Program-made: the position numbers and the translations under genes
DNA from: an uncultured Candidatus Saccharibacteria bacterium
GTDB lineage: Bacteria; Patescibacteriota; Minisyncoccia; Phycocordibacterales; UBA9973
Direction: 5' to 3'
NCBI GenBank assembly: GCA_964500465.1
Contig: CAZCNB010000001.1
Coordinates: 34,567 to 98,566 of the forward strand
Length of the DNA: 64,000 nucleotides
In this document: positions 9,835 to 20,129 of the stretch, one piece after another
How positions within the stretch are numbered: the stretch's first letter is position 1
How the letters are laid out: each line of letters opens with the position of its first letter
The notes under the pieces: model-generated
The model's database searches: none
Told to the model about the DNA's origin: nothing
What the model saw: the letters and a program-made list of their open reading frames with translations, nothing else

Positions 9835-10736
9835 TTTTTTCTCTTAACGTAGATAAACGTAATCAAACTAGTTATAAACATTAAAAATAAAACCAAATAA
9901 TAGTTGTCTGGATTTTTTATTCTTAAGAAATTACTGTTTATAACAAATATATTAGATATTACAGTTATTGGTGATATTAAAAATGTTACAACAGTCAAAA
10001 TTTTAATTGTTTCTGTACTTTTACTTGCCAAAAGAGAGTCATTAGTATCTCTCAAATCATCTAATATTTCTTTGTGACTATCTAATATGTCTTGAGTTTT
10101 TGTATATTCACTTATTATTGCGGATAAGTAATAGCTAAAATTATCACCAAAGAATTTCTTTGCTACAAATTCAAACTGATTAAGTGCTTCTTTATGAAAA
10201 CGCAATGCTTGTCTAAAATCTATCAAAGTACGATTTATATTTGATATAGTAACAACCATCTTACTTTCTTGACCATCAAATATGTTTTTTTCTGTTTCCC
10301 GAAGTAAAGAATTCATATCATTTAATTCGTATCGAGAGTGAGCATACAATGCTTTAATCAAATGGTAGAAAAGAAATCCTGCATGATCTACATCTATGCG
10401 TTTTTCAAGTATTGCGTCAACTTCAAAACTCTTTGAAAACTCATGAAGAGATTCTATAAATTCATAGTGTGTTGTGATTATGAATTTATTTCCCACAATA
10501 AAATCTATTTCTTGCTCGACTCCCTTATTTCTATGATGAGAAATACGAGGGAAGTGCATTATGAGATAAATAAAATTCGGATATAAATCTACACGTGATT
10601 GCGGGGTTCTATTATGCAGTTCTTCTGATACTAATGTTGGTATTGAATATTCTTCCATAATATGGATCAATTCTTCTTCTGTTGGTGACTCTAAATCAAT
10701 CCAAGTTAAACCCTTATATGTGTATTTTGATATCAT
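9825..10736 (-). CDS. corA: CorA-family divalent cation transporter
   Basis: WIDLESPT, long helical domain, two C-terminal TMs ending KRKKWL; canonical GMN motif appears as VIN. Confidence 0.75.
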   Translation of the reverse strand: MISKYTYKGLTWIDLESPTEEELIHIMEEYSIPTLVSEELHNRTPQSRVDLYPNFIYLIMHFPRISHHRNKGVEQEIDFIVGNKFIITTHYEFIESLHEFSKSFEVDAILEKRIDVDHAGFLFYHLIKALYAHSRYELNDMNSLLRETEKNIFDGQESKMVVTISNINRTLIDFRQALRFHKEALNQFEFVAKKFFGDNFSYYLSAIISEYTKTQDILDSHKEILDDLRDTNDSLLASKSTETIKILTVVTFLISPITVISNIFVINSNFLRIKNPDNYYLVLFLMFITSLITFIYVKRKKWL

Positions 10737-10834
10737 ATAAGGCTATTATAGCGTTACACTTGCATTTTTCAAAGGTTTTGTGTATTATAGGTCCTGTGGA
10801 AACTCTGTAAATATAGAGTTTTTTATATAAATTT

Positions 10835-11197
10835 ATGGCAACAGCTAAAAAGACTACAAAAAAAGAAAAGGTAGAAAATACAGAATTTGCTGTAATTCTT
10901 ACGGGAGGTAAACAGTATAAAGTTGCTGTTGGTGATATTTTGAAGGTTGAAAAGATGGATGGAGAATACAAAAACGGAGACAAAATTGTTTTTGATAAAG
11001 TACTACTAGTTGATAACGGAACAGATACTACCATAGGCTCACCTTATATTCCTAACGCAAAAGTTGAATCACTGTTTCAAAAAGCAGGACGCGGTAAAAC
11101 AGTAAAAGTTGTTAAGTACAAACAAAAGAGCCGATACCTAAAGCGCAACGGACACAGACAACCATTCATTGAAGTTAAAATCTCAGCAATAAAATAA
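10835..11197 (+). CDS. rplU: 50S ribosomal protein bL21
   Basis: AVILTGGKQYKV, GHRQPF. Confidence 0.97.
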   Translation: MATAKKTTKKEKVENTEFAVILTGGKQYKVAVGDILKVEKMDGEYKNGDKIVFDKVLLVDNGTDTTIGSPYIPNAKVESLFQKAGRGKTVKVVKYKQKSRYLKRNGHRQPFIEVKISAIK

Positions 11198-11225
11198 ACT
11201 CCCTAACTCGGGAGTTTATTTTATT
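11188..11225. terminator. Bidirectional terminator rplU/recR
   Basis: AATAAAATAAACTCCC...GGGAGTTTATTTTATT inverted repeat. Confidence 0.75.
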
Positions 11226-11839
11226 TAGGATCTATTTTTCAATGCATTTTTTATAGTTTCACTATCTGAATATTCTAATTCTGTTCCAGTAGAAAGACCT
11301 TTACCTAAAGAGACTATGTTTAAACCGTATTTTTTCTCAACCGATGATAGTGTTTCGCGTAAATACATATCTGTATGTTCTCCCTGTGGATTTAATGATA
11401 AAGCTATTATTATTTCTTTCAAAGTATTTTCTTTTGCTAAATTTTCAACCTTACTAATTAATTCTTTTATTCTCACAAAACTAGGAGTTTCTTTAGTTAC
11501 AATTGGAACTAACCCTCCCAATATAAAGTAAGCACCGCTATAGTTTTTGCTTCTTTTGATACTTTCAAAATCAGCATCTTTTTCTACAATCATTAAAACT
11601 GCTTTATCTGTTTTTGTGCTACTACATGTCTCACATGTAGAGCCTTTTGGTCCTTGAAAAAATAGAAAACAAGATGGACATTGATTTATAGAATTGCGAA
11701 GTGATAAAATTTCATCCCCCAATTCTTTTACATAATTTGGATTTTTATGTAATAAAAAATAAACAAAGCGTTTTGCTTGACGCTCACCAATACCAGGAAA
11801 CTCTTTGAATATTTCTGCTAATTTTTCAATTGGATTCAT
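11225..11839 (-). CDS. recR: Recombination mediator RecR
   Basis: PGIG HhH, C4 zinc finger, Toprim domain, GTELEY. Confidence 0.95.
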   Translation of the reverse strand: MNPIEKLAEIFKEFPGIGERQAKRFVYFLLHKNPNYVKELGDEILSLRNSINQCPSCFLFFQGPKGSTCETCSSTKTDKAVLMIVEKDADFESIKRSKNYSGAYFILGGLVPIVTKETPSFVRIKELISKVENLAKENTLKEIIIALSLNPQGEHTDMYLRETLSSVEKKYGLNIVSLGKGLSTGTELEYSDSETIKNALKNRS

Positions 11840-13233
11840 TAGAATTGATCTATATCTCCAACTTCACGAGTTGAGGACGAGAAACTATTAAGGTTACTTT
11901 TCTCAATACTTACAAATGTAGTCAATTTTTCATCAAAGTAAAGTTCAACTTTACCAACTGGGCCGTTACGGTGCTTTTCGATAAGAATTTCTGCTATATT
12001 CGTACGCTCTGATTCATCTTTTCCTTTGTCCTCGCGATGAATAAACATAACCACATCAGCATCTTGTTCAATAGATCCTGAATCACGAAGATCAGATAAT
12101 CTTGGTCTACCACCACGACTCTCAACCGCACGAGAAAGTTGAGATAGCGCAATAACTGGAACATTAAACTCTTTAGCTAATCCTTTGAGTGATCTTGAGA
12201 TCTCAGTAACTTGGTTTACCATGCTGTCGTAATTTTTAGAAGTAGACATTAACTGAAGATAATCTACAATTATGAGTCCTAAGCCATGTTCGGCTTTAAT
12301 TCTTCTACAAACTGATCTCATCCTAACTATTGAGTTACCAGCCATATCGTCCACATATATAGGGGCTCTAGATAACTTGTCCAGTGAATCTCGTATTTTC
12401 GAAAATTCATTTTCAGCTGATAAATTACCGGTTCTAAGATTCCAAGCATTAACTCTTGATTGAGCAGCAAGCATCCTATCTACTAATTGTTGAGTACTCA
12501 TTTCAAGAGAGAATATTACAGTTGGAGTTCCGTGATTAAGTGCTGCTTGGCGTGCGATATCAAGAGCAAGAGTGGTTTTTCCCATCGATGGACGAGCGGC
12601 TAGAATTATAAGATCAGATTTTTGAAGTCCTGATAAGTACTGATCAAGGTCATGAAAACCAGTAGGAACTCCACGAAGTTCACCCTTACTCTCATGAAGT
12701 CTCTCCAACCTATCCCATGCTTCTGGAAGACTATCTTTTAAAGATTGAAACGCGTGACCACTTGAAGTGTTGTTGCTAATTCCCATCATTCTTTTTTCTG
12801 CTTGATCAAGTACTTCAAAAACATCTTCTATTTCTTCTTTAAATCCAAGTTCTGATATATCTACGCCTGCTTCAATAATTTTTCTTAATATATTTTTTTT
12901 AGCAACTATATCAGCATAATGTTTTATGTTTGTAGATGCCGGAACGGAATCTGTTAGTTCACTTAAATATGCAGTCCCTCCAATTTGGTCGAGTAATCCT
13001 TTTTCTTTCAATTTATGTGATACAGATAAGATATCAATAGGTTCACCCTTACTTGATAGTTCAAGCATTATACTGTAAATCTGACCATGCTTAGTTGTAT
13101 AAAAAGAGTCGATACTTAAAATATCACTAATCTCATGGATAGCCTGAGGTCGTAGCATTATAGATCCTAAGACGGCTTTTTCTGAGTCGATACTTTGTGG
13201 TGGTATTCTAAGATTGTTTTTTCTATCTGCCAT
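11839..13233 (-). CDS. dnaB: Replicative DNA helicase
   Basis: AARPSMGKT, DYLQL, LSQLSR, DLRDSGSIEQDAD; no intein; start taken at MADRK, 7 nt after TGCTACAAT. Confidence 0.97.
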   Translation of the reverse strand: MADRKNNLRIPPQSIDSEKAVLGSIMLRPQAIHEISDILSIDSFYTTKHGQIYSIMLELSSKGEPIDILSVSHKLKEKGLLDQIGGTAYLSELTDSVPASTNIKHYADIVAKKNILRKIIEAGVDISELGFKEEIEDVFEVLDQAEKRMMGISNNTSSGHAFQSLKDSLPEAWDRLERLHESKGELRGVPTGFHDLDQYLSGLQKSDLIILAARPSMGKTTLALDIARQAALNHGTPTVIFSLEMSTQQLVDRMLAAQSRVNAWNLRTGNLSAENEFSKIRDSLDKLSRAPIYVDDMAGNSIVRMRSVCRRIKAEHGLGLIIVDYLQLMSTSKNYDSMVNQVTEISRSLKGLAKEFNVPVIALSQLSRAVESRGGRPRLSDLRDSGSIEQDADVVMFIHREDKGKDESERTNIAEILIEKHRNGPVGKVELYFDEKLTTFVSIEKSNLNSFSSSTREVGDIDQF

Positions 13234-13337
13234 GTGCAATATTGTAGCATAGTCGCGAGAGGTTCAAATTGTTATTTTTAGAACAAATATGTGGGTAAAA
13301 TGTGCAAAACTGTTGGTTTTTTGTTATTATTAAGCTT

Positions 13338-14309
13338 ATGAAAAAACGTTTACTTTCTGGCGTTAAACCAACAGGAGCTCCTCATATCGGAAATTACTTC
13401 GGTGCTATGCGTCAATTCGTTGATTTACAGAAAGATTATGAAGCCTTTATTATGATAGCTGACTATCATGCTCTTAACTTTATTCAAAATAAAAAGGAAA
13501 TGGAGGAAAATATACTCGGAGTGACTTTAGACTACCTAGGTATAGGGCTTGATCCGAAGAAGGTTACAATATTCAAACAATCAGATGTTCAAGCTCATAC
13601 AGAACTTGCTTGGATTTTTGACACAATAACCACAATGCCGTACTTGATGCGTGCTCATGCTTTCAAAGACGCTGAAGCTAAAAATAAAGAAATAAATGTT
13701 GGAACTTTTAACTATCCCATGTTAATGTCTGCTGACATCTTGCTTTACGACCCTGAGATAGTTCCAGTTGGTTCAGATCAAAAACAACATGTTGAATACG
13801 CTCGTGATACTGCTCAAAAATTTAATAATATTTACGGAGAAACTTTTGTTATGTCTAAGGAGCTAATCATGAAAGAAGTTGCTACAGTTCCAGGTACAGA
13901 TGGTCAAAAAATGAGTAAGAGTTACAAAAATACAATCCCACTTTTTGGCACCGATGAGGAGATAAAAAAATCAGTCATGAGTATAGTTACTGACTCTAAA
14001 ACACCAGAAGAACCTAAAAATCCAGAAACTTGTAACATTTTTGCGCTGCATAAACTTTTCTTAAATGAAAAAGACTTAAAAGAGCTTTCTGAAAAATATA
14101 AAAAAGGCGGTATGAGTTATAAAGAATCTAAGGAAATGTTACTTGAAGAAATTCTAAGTTTGATTAGACCGATGCGTGAAAGACGTGAGAAATATGCTAA
14201 AAACCTAAATAAGGTTCGTAGTATATTAAAAAAAGGAGGTAAAAAAGCGTCAAAAATTGCTGAGAAAAAAATGAAACTAATACGTAATAATATTGGAGTT
14301 AATATATAA
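13338..14309 (+). CDS. trpS: Tryptophan--tRNA ligase
   Basis: SGVKPTG, HIGN, VPVGSDQ, KMSKS; start corrected to MKKRLLSG. Confidence 0.97.
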   Translation: MKKRLLSGVKPTGAPHIGNYFGAMRQFVDLQKDYEAFIMIADYHALNFIQNKKEMEENILGVTLDYLGIGLDPKKVTIFKQSDVQAHTELAWIFDTITTMPYLMRAHAFKDAEAKNKEINVGTFNYPMLMSADILLYDPEIVPVGSDQKQHVEYARDTAQKFNNIYGETFVMSKELIMKEVATVPGTDGQKMSKSYKNTIPLFGTDEEIKKSVMSIVTDSKTPEEPKNPETCNIFALHKLFLNEKDLKELSEKYKKGGMSYKESKEMLLEEILSLIRPMRERREKYAKNLNKVRSILKKGGKKASKIAEKKMKLIRNNIGVNI

Positions 14310-14312
14310 TCT

Positions 14313-14591
14313 ATGTTTTCTATAATTCTAAGATATATAATTATAATAATTGCCGCACTCTTAATTATTAAAAGCTTCAAATTTTTACGAGTTATTTTGA
14401 CAGTAGTGCTTGGTATTATTTACATACCTATAAACAATTTCAATCTAGCTGTACAAAAATGGTACTTTGGAATGAAACACAAGGATAAGGTTACTTATTA
14501 TTTATTTACCCCCTTTTACTGGATTATCGTAGGTCTAACTTTCATAGTATCTATACCTTATGAGTTCGTGATAGCAATGGATATACATTAG
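14313..14591 (+). CDS. Small hypothetical membrane protein
   Basis: Hydrophobic 92-aa ORF starting 3 nt after trpS. Confidence 0.55.
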   Translation: MFSIILRYIIIIIAALLIIKSFKFLRVILTVVLGIIYIPINNFNLAVQKWYFGMKHKDKVTYYLFTPFYWIIVGLTFIVSIPYEFVIAMDIH

Positions 14592-14624
14592 ACCCGATGC
14601 ATGTTTTATGTTAGTATGTGTATA

Positions 14625-14806
14625 GGCCTTTGAACCAGCTGACACTGGGGAGGCAGGGAAAGAAAGTATTAATTACAAGTAGACTCCCTCGTAATAACTA
14701 CGATACAGTTTTTAAATGAGTCGAAAAGTAGGGTGGCACCGCGACAAAAATCGCCCCTGCAAATGTATTATTATTAATACGTTTGGAGAGGCGATTTTTG
14801 TTTTCT
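14625..14806 (+). promoter_or_regulatory. T-box riboswitch (Asp specifier GAC, ultrashort Stem I, transcriptional terminator)
   Basis: T-box sequence AGGGTGGCACCGCG (14730-14743), Stem II with AGTA/GAA S-turn, IIA/B pseudoknot, apical GAC at 14641-14643, competing terminator 14744-14806; upstream of AspRS. Confidence 0.92.
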
Positions 14807-14822
14807 CTAAACTCTAGAATAT

Positions 14823-16172
14823 ATGACAAATAGAGTATATATAAAAGATTTAAATAAATATACTGGCCAAGAAGTAACAATATCTGGCTGGGTAAATGTT
14901 CGACGTGATCAAGGTAAACTTGTATTCATAGATATGAGAGATATGACTGGTTTTGTTCAATGTGTTGTATTACCGAATCACACAGAAGCTATGGAACAAA
15001 TAAAAGAAGTACGAGTTGAATGGGTCCTTAAGCTAACCGGTATTGTAAATAAACGCCCAGAAAAAAATATAAAAGTAGGAGTTATAAATGGTGATATAGA
15101 ACTTGAAATAACTAAGGTTGAAGTACTTGCTCAAGCAGCAACATTACCTTTTGATATATCACTCGACGGCTACAATCTAGAACTTACAACTGAACTTGAT
15201 AACCGTTCTTTAGTTTTGAGACAACCAAAAATTCAAGCAGTGTTCAAGGTTCAAGAAACTATAATAGATTCTTTTAGAGAATTTATGAAAAAAAATATGT
15301 TTTTTGAATTTCAAGCTCCAGCTATTACTCCAGCAACAGCTGAAGGTGGAGCAGAAGTTTTTCAAATTGGATACTTTGATAAAAAAGCATACTTAACTCA
15401 ATCGCCTCAACTTTACAAACAAATTGTTATGTCTGCATTTGAAAGATGTTTTTCTGTAAACAAAGTTTTTCGAGCAGAACCTTCCTCAACCACACGTCAC
15501 TTAACAGAAATAGTTTCGCTCGATGCTGAAATGGCATTTATTGATTCATGGAGAGATGTGAGAGATATGGCAGAAGAGACAGTAAGATATATTTTGAAAC
15601 AAGTTGAAGAAAAGAATTCTGAACATCTTAAAATTCTAGGTGCAACATTGCCAGTAATGATCGATAAAACTCCAACTCTTACACTTGCTGAAGTTCAACA
15701 GAAAATATTTGAAAAAACTGGACGTGATGTAAGAGGTGATAAGGACACTAACCCTCAAGATGAAAGAGAAATATGTGAAATAATAAAAGAGGAGACTGGT
15801 TCAGATTTCGTGTTTATATATGGATATCCAACTCGCAAAAAACCCTTCTATGTATATCCAAATCCAGAAAATCCAGAATTTAATGAAGGTATGGATTTAA
15901 TATGTCGTGGGGTTGAATGGCTCTCTGGTGGTAGAAGAATAAATGATTACAATCAACTAATGGAACATGTTAAAACTTGGAATATGGACCCTGAGAAAAT
16001 AAAAATGTTTCTAGAAGCATTCAAGTACGGTGTTCCTCCAGAAGGAGGTTTTGCTTTCGGAGCTGAGCGTATAACTATGCAACTTCTTGGGCTTAAAAAT
16101 ATTCGAGAAGCTTGTATGTTCCCAAGAGATATGAATAGAATTGATGAGAAACTTAATAGTGATGGATATTAA
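14823..16172 (+). CDS. aspS: Aspartate--tRNA ligase, archaeal/eukaryal-type short form, probably non-discriminating (Asp/Asn)
   Basis: OB-fold N-terminus, AEGGAEVF, QSPQLYKQ, FRAE, GFAFGAER, FPRD; Asp T-box upstream; gatB in window. Confidence 0.9.
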   Translation: MTNRVYIKDLNKYTGQEVTISGWVNVRRDQGKLVFIDMRDMTGFVQCVVLPNHTEAMEQIKEVRVEWVLKLTGIVNKRPEKNIKVGVINGDIELEITKVEVLAQAATLPFDISLDGYNLELTTELDNRSLVLRQPKIQAVFKVQETIIDSFREFMKKNMFFEFQAPAITPATAEGGAEVFQIGYFDKKAYLTQSPQLYKQIVMSAFERCFSVNKVFRAEPSSTTRHLTEIVSLDAEMAFIDSWRDVRDMAEETVRYILKQVEEKNSEHLKILGATLPVMIDKTPTLTLAEVQQKIFEKTGRDVRGDKDTNPQDEREICEIIKEETGSDFVFIYGYPTRKKPFYVYPNPENPEFNEGMDLICRGVEWLSGGRRINDYNQLMEHVKTWNMDPEKIKMFLEAFKYGVPPEGGFAFGAERITMQLLGLKNIREACMFPRDMNRIDEKLNSDGY

Positions 16173-16174
16173 TT

Positions 16175-16633
16175 ATGGACGACTGTATTTTTTGTAAAAT
16201 CGTAAAAGGAACAGCGCCAGCTTTTAAAATATGGGAAGATGATAAACATCTAGCTTTTTTAAGCATTTTTCCAAATACTGAAGGATTTAGTGTGGTGATT
16301 ACTAAAGATCATTATGATAGTTACGCTTTTGAATTGCCTGATAACGTACTATCAGGGCTAGTTCTCGCAGCAAAAAAAGTAGGAAAGTTGCTTGATGAGA
16401 AATTAGATGATGTTGGTAGAACTGGAATGATATTTGAAGGATTTGGAGTAAATCATATTCATGCAAAACTTTTCCCTATGCATGGCACGAAAAGTGACGA
16501 ATGGAGGCAATATGTAAATAAGATAGAGAAATATTTTGACAAATACGAAGGTTATATTTCATCACATGATTACAAAATGGCAGATCAAGACTGGTTAAGA
16601 GATGTTGCTAATAAAATAAACAATGGAAGATAA
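16175..16633 (+). CDS. HIT-family hydrolase
   Basis: CIFCKIV N-terminus, variant triad HIHAK. Confidence 0.85.
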   Translation: MDDCIFCKIVKGTAPAFKIWEDDKHLAFLSIFPNTEGFSVVITKDHYDSYAFELPDNVLSGLVLAAKKVGKLLDEKLDDVGRTGMIFEGFGVNHIHAKLFPMHGTKSDEWRQYVNKIEKYFDKYEGYISSHDYKMADQDWLRDVANKINNGR

Positions 16634-17408
16634 TAAATCCACATTAAACTATACAGTAAAAACTAGTTCATTTGAGGGTCCACTTGAACTGCTCCTTTCT
16701 CTTGTAGAAGCAAAGAAATTATTCGTAAATGATGTTTCTCTTGCACAAGTCACTGATGACTACATCAAATATATAAGAAATTTGCCTAGTAGGGAAAATA
16801 ATGCACATATATCTGATGTCTCAAGTTTTTTGTTAATTGCTGCTACGCTTATCTTAATCAAATCTAAGTCACTATTGCCAAATCTTTCTTTAACAGAAGA
16901 TGAAGAAGATAAGATTTTTGATCTTGAAAATAGATTAAGAATGTATCAGATAATTAAAAACTCAACCGTAGACATTAAAGCGAAATTCGGCACAAAAATT
17001 ATATTTAGACCATTAGAAAGGAATTGGAACGAAGTTATTTTTTCACCTGATCCAGTGATTACTGTTGATACTATGTTTTCTTCAATAAATGATGTACTTG
17101 CTCATGTACCTAAAAAAGAAGAAAAATTACCCGAAGTTGAGGTAAAAAAAGTCATCAATATTGAAGAAATTATCAATAGCTTAACAGATAGAATTCAGAA
17201 TGCTATTAATCTATCTTTTAAAGATTTTGCTAAAAGTCATAAAGCTGAAAATAATGTTGAAGCAAGGGTTCATATTATAGTTTCGTTTCTTGCTATGTTA
17301 GAATTAGTTCGTGAAGGTATAATTGATGTTGTGCAAAACAATACTTTTGAAGATATAAGTATTACAAAGCAATCCGTCGAACAAGAGTTAAACATAGAAA
17401 ATCAATAA
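16623..17408 (+). CDS. scpA: Segregation/condensation protein A
   Basis: FEGPLELLL, FLAMLEL. Confidence 0.93.
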   Translation: MEDNKSTLNYTVKTSSFEGPLELLLSLVEAKKLFVNDVSLAQVTDDYIKYIRNLPSRENNAHISDVSSFLLIAATLILIKSKSLLPNLSLTEDEEDKIFDLENRLRMYQIIKNSTVDIKAKFGTKIIFRPLERNWNEVIFSPDPVITVDTMFSSINDVLAHVPKKEEKLPEVEVKKVINIEEIINSLTDRIQNAINLSFKDFAKSHKAENNVEARVHIIVSFLAMLELVREGIIDVVQNNTFEDISITKQSVEQELNIENQ

Positions 17409-17409
17409 C

Positions 17410-17949
17410 ATGGAACTAGAATCAAAAATTGAAGGACTTCTTTTTTATAAAGGTGAAGATATGCCCATAAAAAAGATAGCCGAATTACTTAAAGTCAGCA
17501 CTGATGAAGTGAGTACAGCTTTATTAAATTTAGAAAAATCTTTGGAAACAAGAGGTATTACTTTAATTAAAAAAGATAGCTCTGTAATGCTCGGAGTTTC
17601 CGCAGAACTTTCTAACATAATAGAATCAATCAGAAAAGAAGAATTAACTAAAGATTTATCAAAAGCTTCGATTGAAACATTATCAATTATAATGTACAAA
17701 AATGGAGTTTCTAGAAGCGAAATAGATTACATCCGAGGAGTAAATTCAAGTTTCATAATCAGAAACTTACTAGTTAGAGGATTAGTAGACAAAGTAATAG
17801 ACGAAAATGACAGTAGGAGAAATCTTTATAAACCATCTTTTGATACACTGTCTTATATGGGAGTAACTTCAGTTGAAAATTTACCTAATTATGAAAATAT
17901 TAGAAACGAATTAAATAGTGTAATAAAACAAGAAGATAAAAATGACTAA
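17410..17949 (+). CDS. scpB: Segregation/condensation protein B
   Basis: LSKASIETLSII, IDYIRGVNS; follows scpA. Confidence 0.93.
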   Translation: MELESKIEGLLFYKGEDMPIKKIAELLKVSTDEVSTALLNLEKSLETRGITLIKKDSSVMLGVSAELSNIIESIRKEELTKDLSKASIETLSIIMYKNGVSRSEIDYIRGVNSSFIIRNLLVRGLVDKVIDENDSRRNLYKPSFDTLSYMGVTSVENLPNYENIRNELNSVIKQEDKND

Positions 17950-18991
17950 TGCACTTAAAATATTACTTCCAGCTGCTATAAGTTTCTTAATGGGCATTAT
18001 ACTTACCCCAATCGCAACCCACTATTTCTACAAATATAAATTATGGAGAAGGGTTTCTCGATTGCAAAATGTTCCAGAAAGTAATTTTGCAAAAATTAAT
18101 GATGGAGTTACTGAAACTTCAACACCAAGAACTGGTGGCATGATAGTTTGGGTTTCAGTTGTATTAACAATTTTTATATTTTGGTTGGCTAATTTATTTT
18201 TTAATGATGAACTCAGTAACAAACTTTACTTCATAAGTAGAGGGCAAACATTGTTACCACTATTTACACTTATAGTTGCGTCTATAATTGGCTTAGGGGA
18301 TGATTTCATACAGATATTTGGAAGTGGTAAATGGACAACAGATCCCATCAAATTACGCTATATAAAAATATCAATCATAGTAGGGCTTGGAATTATAATT
18401 GGTTGGTGGTTTTTTGTTAAACTTGGCATATCAAGTTTATATATACCTTGGTTTGGTTTAGTTGACTTAGGATATATATTCATTCCGTTCTTTATACTGA
18501 TAATGCTAGGAGTTTGGTCTACTAGTGTCATTGATGGGATTGATGGACTCTCTGGTGGAGTACTTGCTTCTATTTTTGCAAGTTATACGTTAATTGCCTT
18601 TTTTCATGACCAATTAGATTTAGCGGCATTTTGTGCTGTTATTTCTGGAGGAATTTTAGCTTTTCTTTGGTTTAATATACCTCCCGCAAGATTTTATATG
18701 GGTGAAACTGGTATGATTGGACTTACGGTAACTTTGTCCGTAATAGCTTTTTTAACAAACACCGTTCTATTATTGCCTATAATAGCATTTCCGCTGTTCA
18801 TAACTTCACTATCTAGTCTGATTCAAATGTTTTCAAGAAGATTTAGAAACGGAAAAAAAGTATTTCTATTTGCTCCATTACATCATCATTTTGAAGCTTT
18901 AGGGTGGCCAAAGTATAAAGTTACCATGCGGTATTGGATAGTTGGAGTTATTACTTCTATGGTTGGAGTTATAATATCACTTGTAGATTAA
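17942..18991 (+). CDS. mraY: Phospho-N-acetylmuramoyl-pentapeptide transferase
   Basis: TPRTGG, DGIDGL, FYMGETG, APLHHHFE. Confidence 0.93.
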   Translation: MTNALKILLPAAISFLMGIILTPIATHYFYKYKLWRRVSRLQNVPESNFAKINDGVTETSTPRTGGMIVWVSVVLTIFIFWLANLFFNDELSNKLYFISRGQTLLPLFTLIVASIIGLGDDFIQIFGSGKWTTDPIKLRYIKISIIVGLGIIIGWWFFVKLGISSLYIPWFGLVDLGYIFIPFFILIMLGVWSTSVIDGIDGLSGGVLASIFASYTLIAFFHDQLDLAAFCAVISGGILAFLWFNIPPARFYMGETGMIGLTVTLSVIAFLTNTVLLLPIIAFPLFITSLSSLIQMFSRRFRNGKKVFLFAPLHHHFEALGWPKYKVTMRYWIVGVITSMVGVIISLVD

Positions 18992-20095
18992 ATGAAAAAA
19001 GGAAATATTGATAGAATTTTTTTGGGCATAATTATTGCACTAATTATTATAGGTGTAATTATGTTTACTTCTGCATCTCTAGGAATACTTGCTCGCAATG
19101 AAACTAAATTTTACAGTGTAATATTTGCACAATTTGTTTTCGGATTACTAGGAGGATTAATTGCTTTATATATAGGGCTTAGGATACCTTACAAGTTTTG
19201 GAGAGATTATTCCTTGCCAATCTTTATAATTTCGATCGCTCTTACTTTACTTGTCTTTTTACCTAAATTTGGCACATATCATGGAGGAGCTAGAAGATGG
19301 GTCAATATATTTGGTTTCTCTTTTCAACCGGTTGAATTCTTGAAAATAGGATTCATTCTATACTTTGCAGCATGGCTTTCTTGGGCAAAAAATAGAATTA
19401 ATGATATAAGATATAGTTTACTACCTTTAGTTGTTATGCTAGGTTTAATAGCACTTATTTTACTAAAACAACCAGACACAAAGAGTATTATTTTAATAAC
19501 AATTACAGGGATTACAATGTTGTTTGTTTCGGGTGTATCTTGGAAATATATTTTAAGTTTTTTAGGTATAAGCATTATAGGTTTTATGATACTAATTTCT
19601 TTTAAACCTTATTTAAAAGAAAGAATCAACACCTTTATAAATCCAAACCAAAATGGAAGTAGCACTTCATATCAATTACAACAATCTCTTATTGCGGTTG
19701 GATCGGGCGGAGCTTTTGGAAGAGGTTTAGGTCAAAGTATTCAAAAATTTAATTACTTACCGGAACCCCAAGGTGATTCTATCTTTGCTGTTGTTGGGGA
19801 AGAATTAGGATTTTTAGGTGGTACTGTTCTAATATTACTTTACGTTGCTTTTGCTTTAAGAGGTTATAAAATTGCTTATCAAGCTCCAGATTCTTTTAGT
19901 AAATTGTTAGTTATTGGAACAATAACAATAATAACAGCCCAATCTTTCATGAACATTGCATCTATAATTGGTGTTTTTCCATTAACCGGGGTCCCTTTAG
20001 TTTTTATAAGTCACGGTGGTACAGCTCTACTTCTTTCTATTGGCATGATGGGTATAATACTAAACATCTCAAGGAGTCAGAAAAAACAACACTAG
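18992..20095 (+). CDS. ftsW: SEDS peptidoglycan polymerase FtsW
   Basis: GARRW, FQPVEFLK, LPEPQGDSIF, ISHGGT; lies between mraY and murG. Confidence 0.9.
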   Translation: MKKGNIDRIFLGIIIALIIIGVIMFTSASLGILARNETKFYSVIFAQFVFGLLGGLIALYIGLRIPYKFWRDYSLPIFIISIALTLLVFLPKFGTYHGGARRWVNIFGFSFQPVEFLKIGFILYFAAWLSWAKNRINDIRYSLLPLVVMLGLIALILLKQPDTKSIILITITGITMLFVSGVSWKYILSFLGISIIGFMILISFKPYLKERINTFINPNQNGSSTSYQLQQSLIAVGSGGAFGRGLGQSIQKFNYLPEPQGDSIFAVVGEELGFLGGTVLILLYVAFALRGYKIAYQAPDSFSKLLVIGTITIITAQSFMNIASIIGVFPLTGVPLVFISHGGTALLLSIGMMGIILNISRSQKKQH

Positions 20096-20129
20096 AATAT
20101 CTATAAAAAATAGGGTAGAATCATCTTAT

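Noticed and set aside
10800-10821. Hairpin AAACTCTGTA-AA-TATAGAGTTT before rplU as an L21 leader
   Set aside because: Too short and AT-rich to assign to a known r-protein leader without alignment
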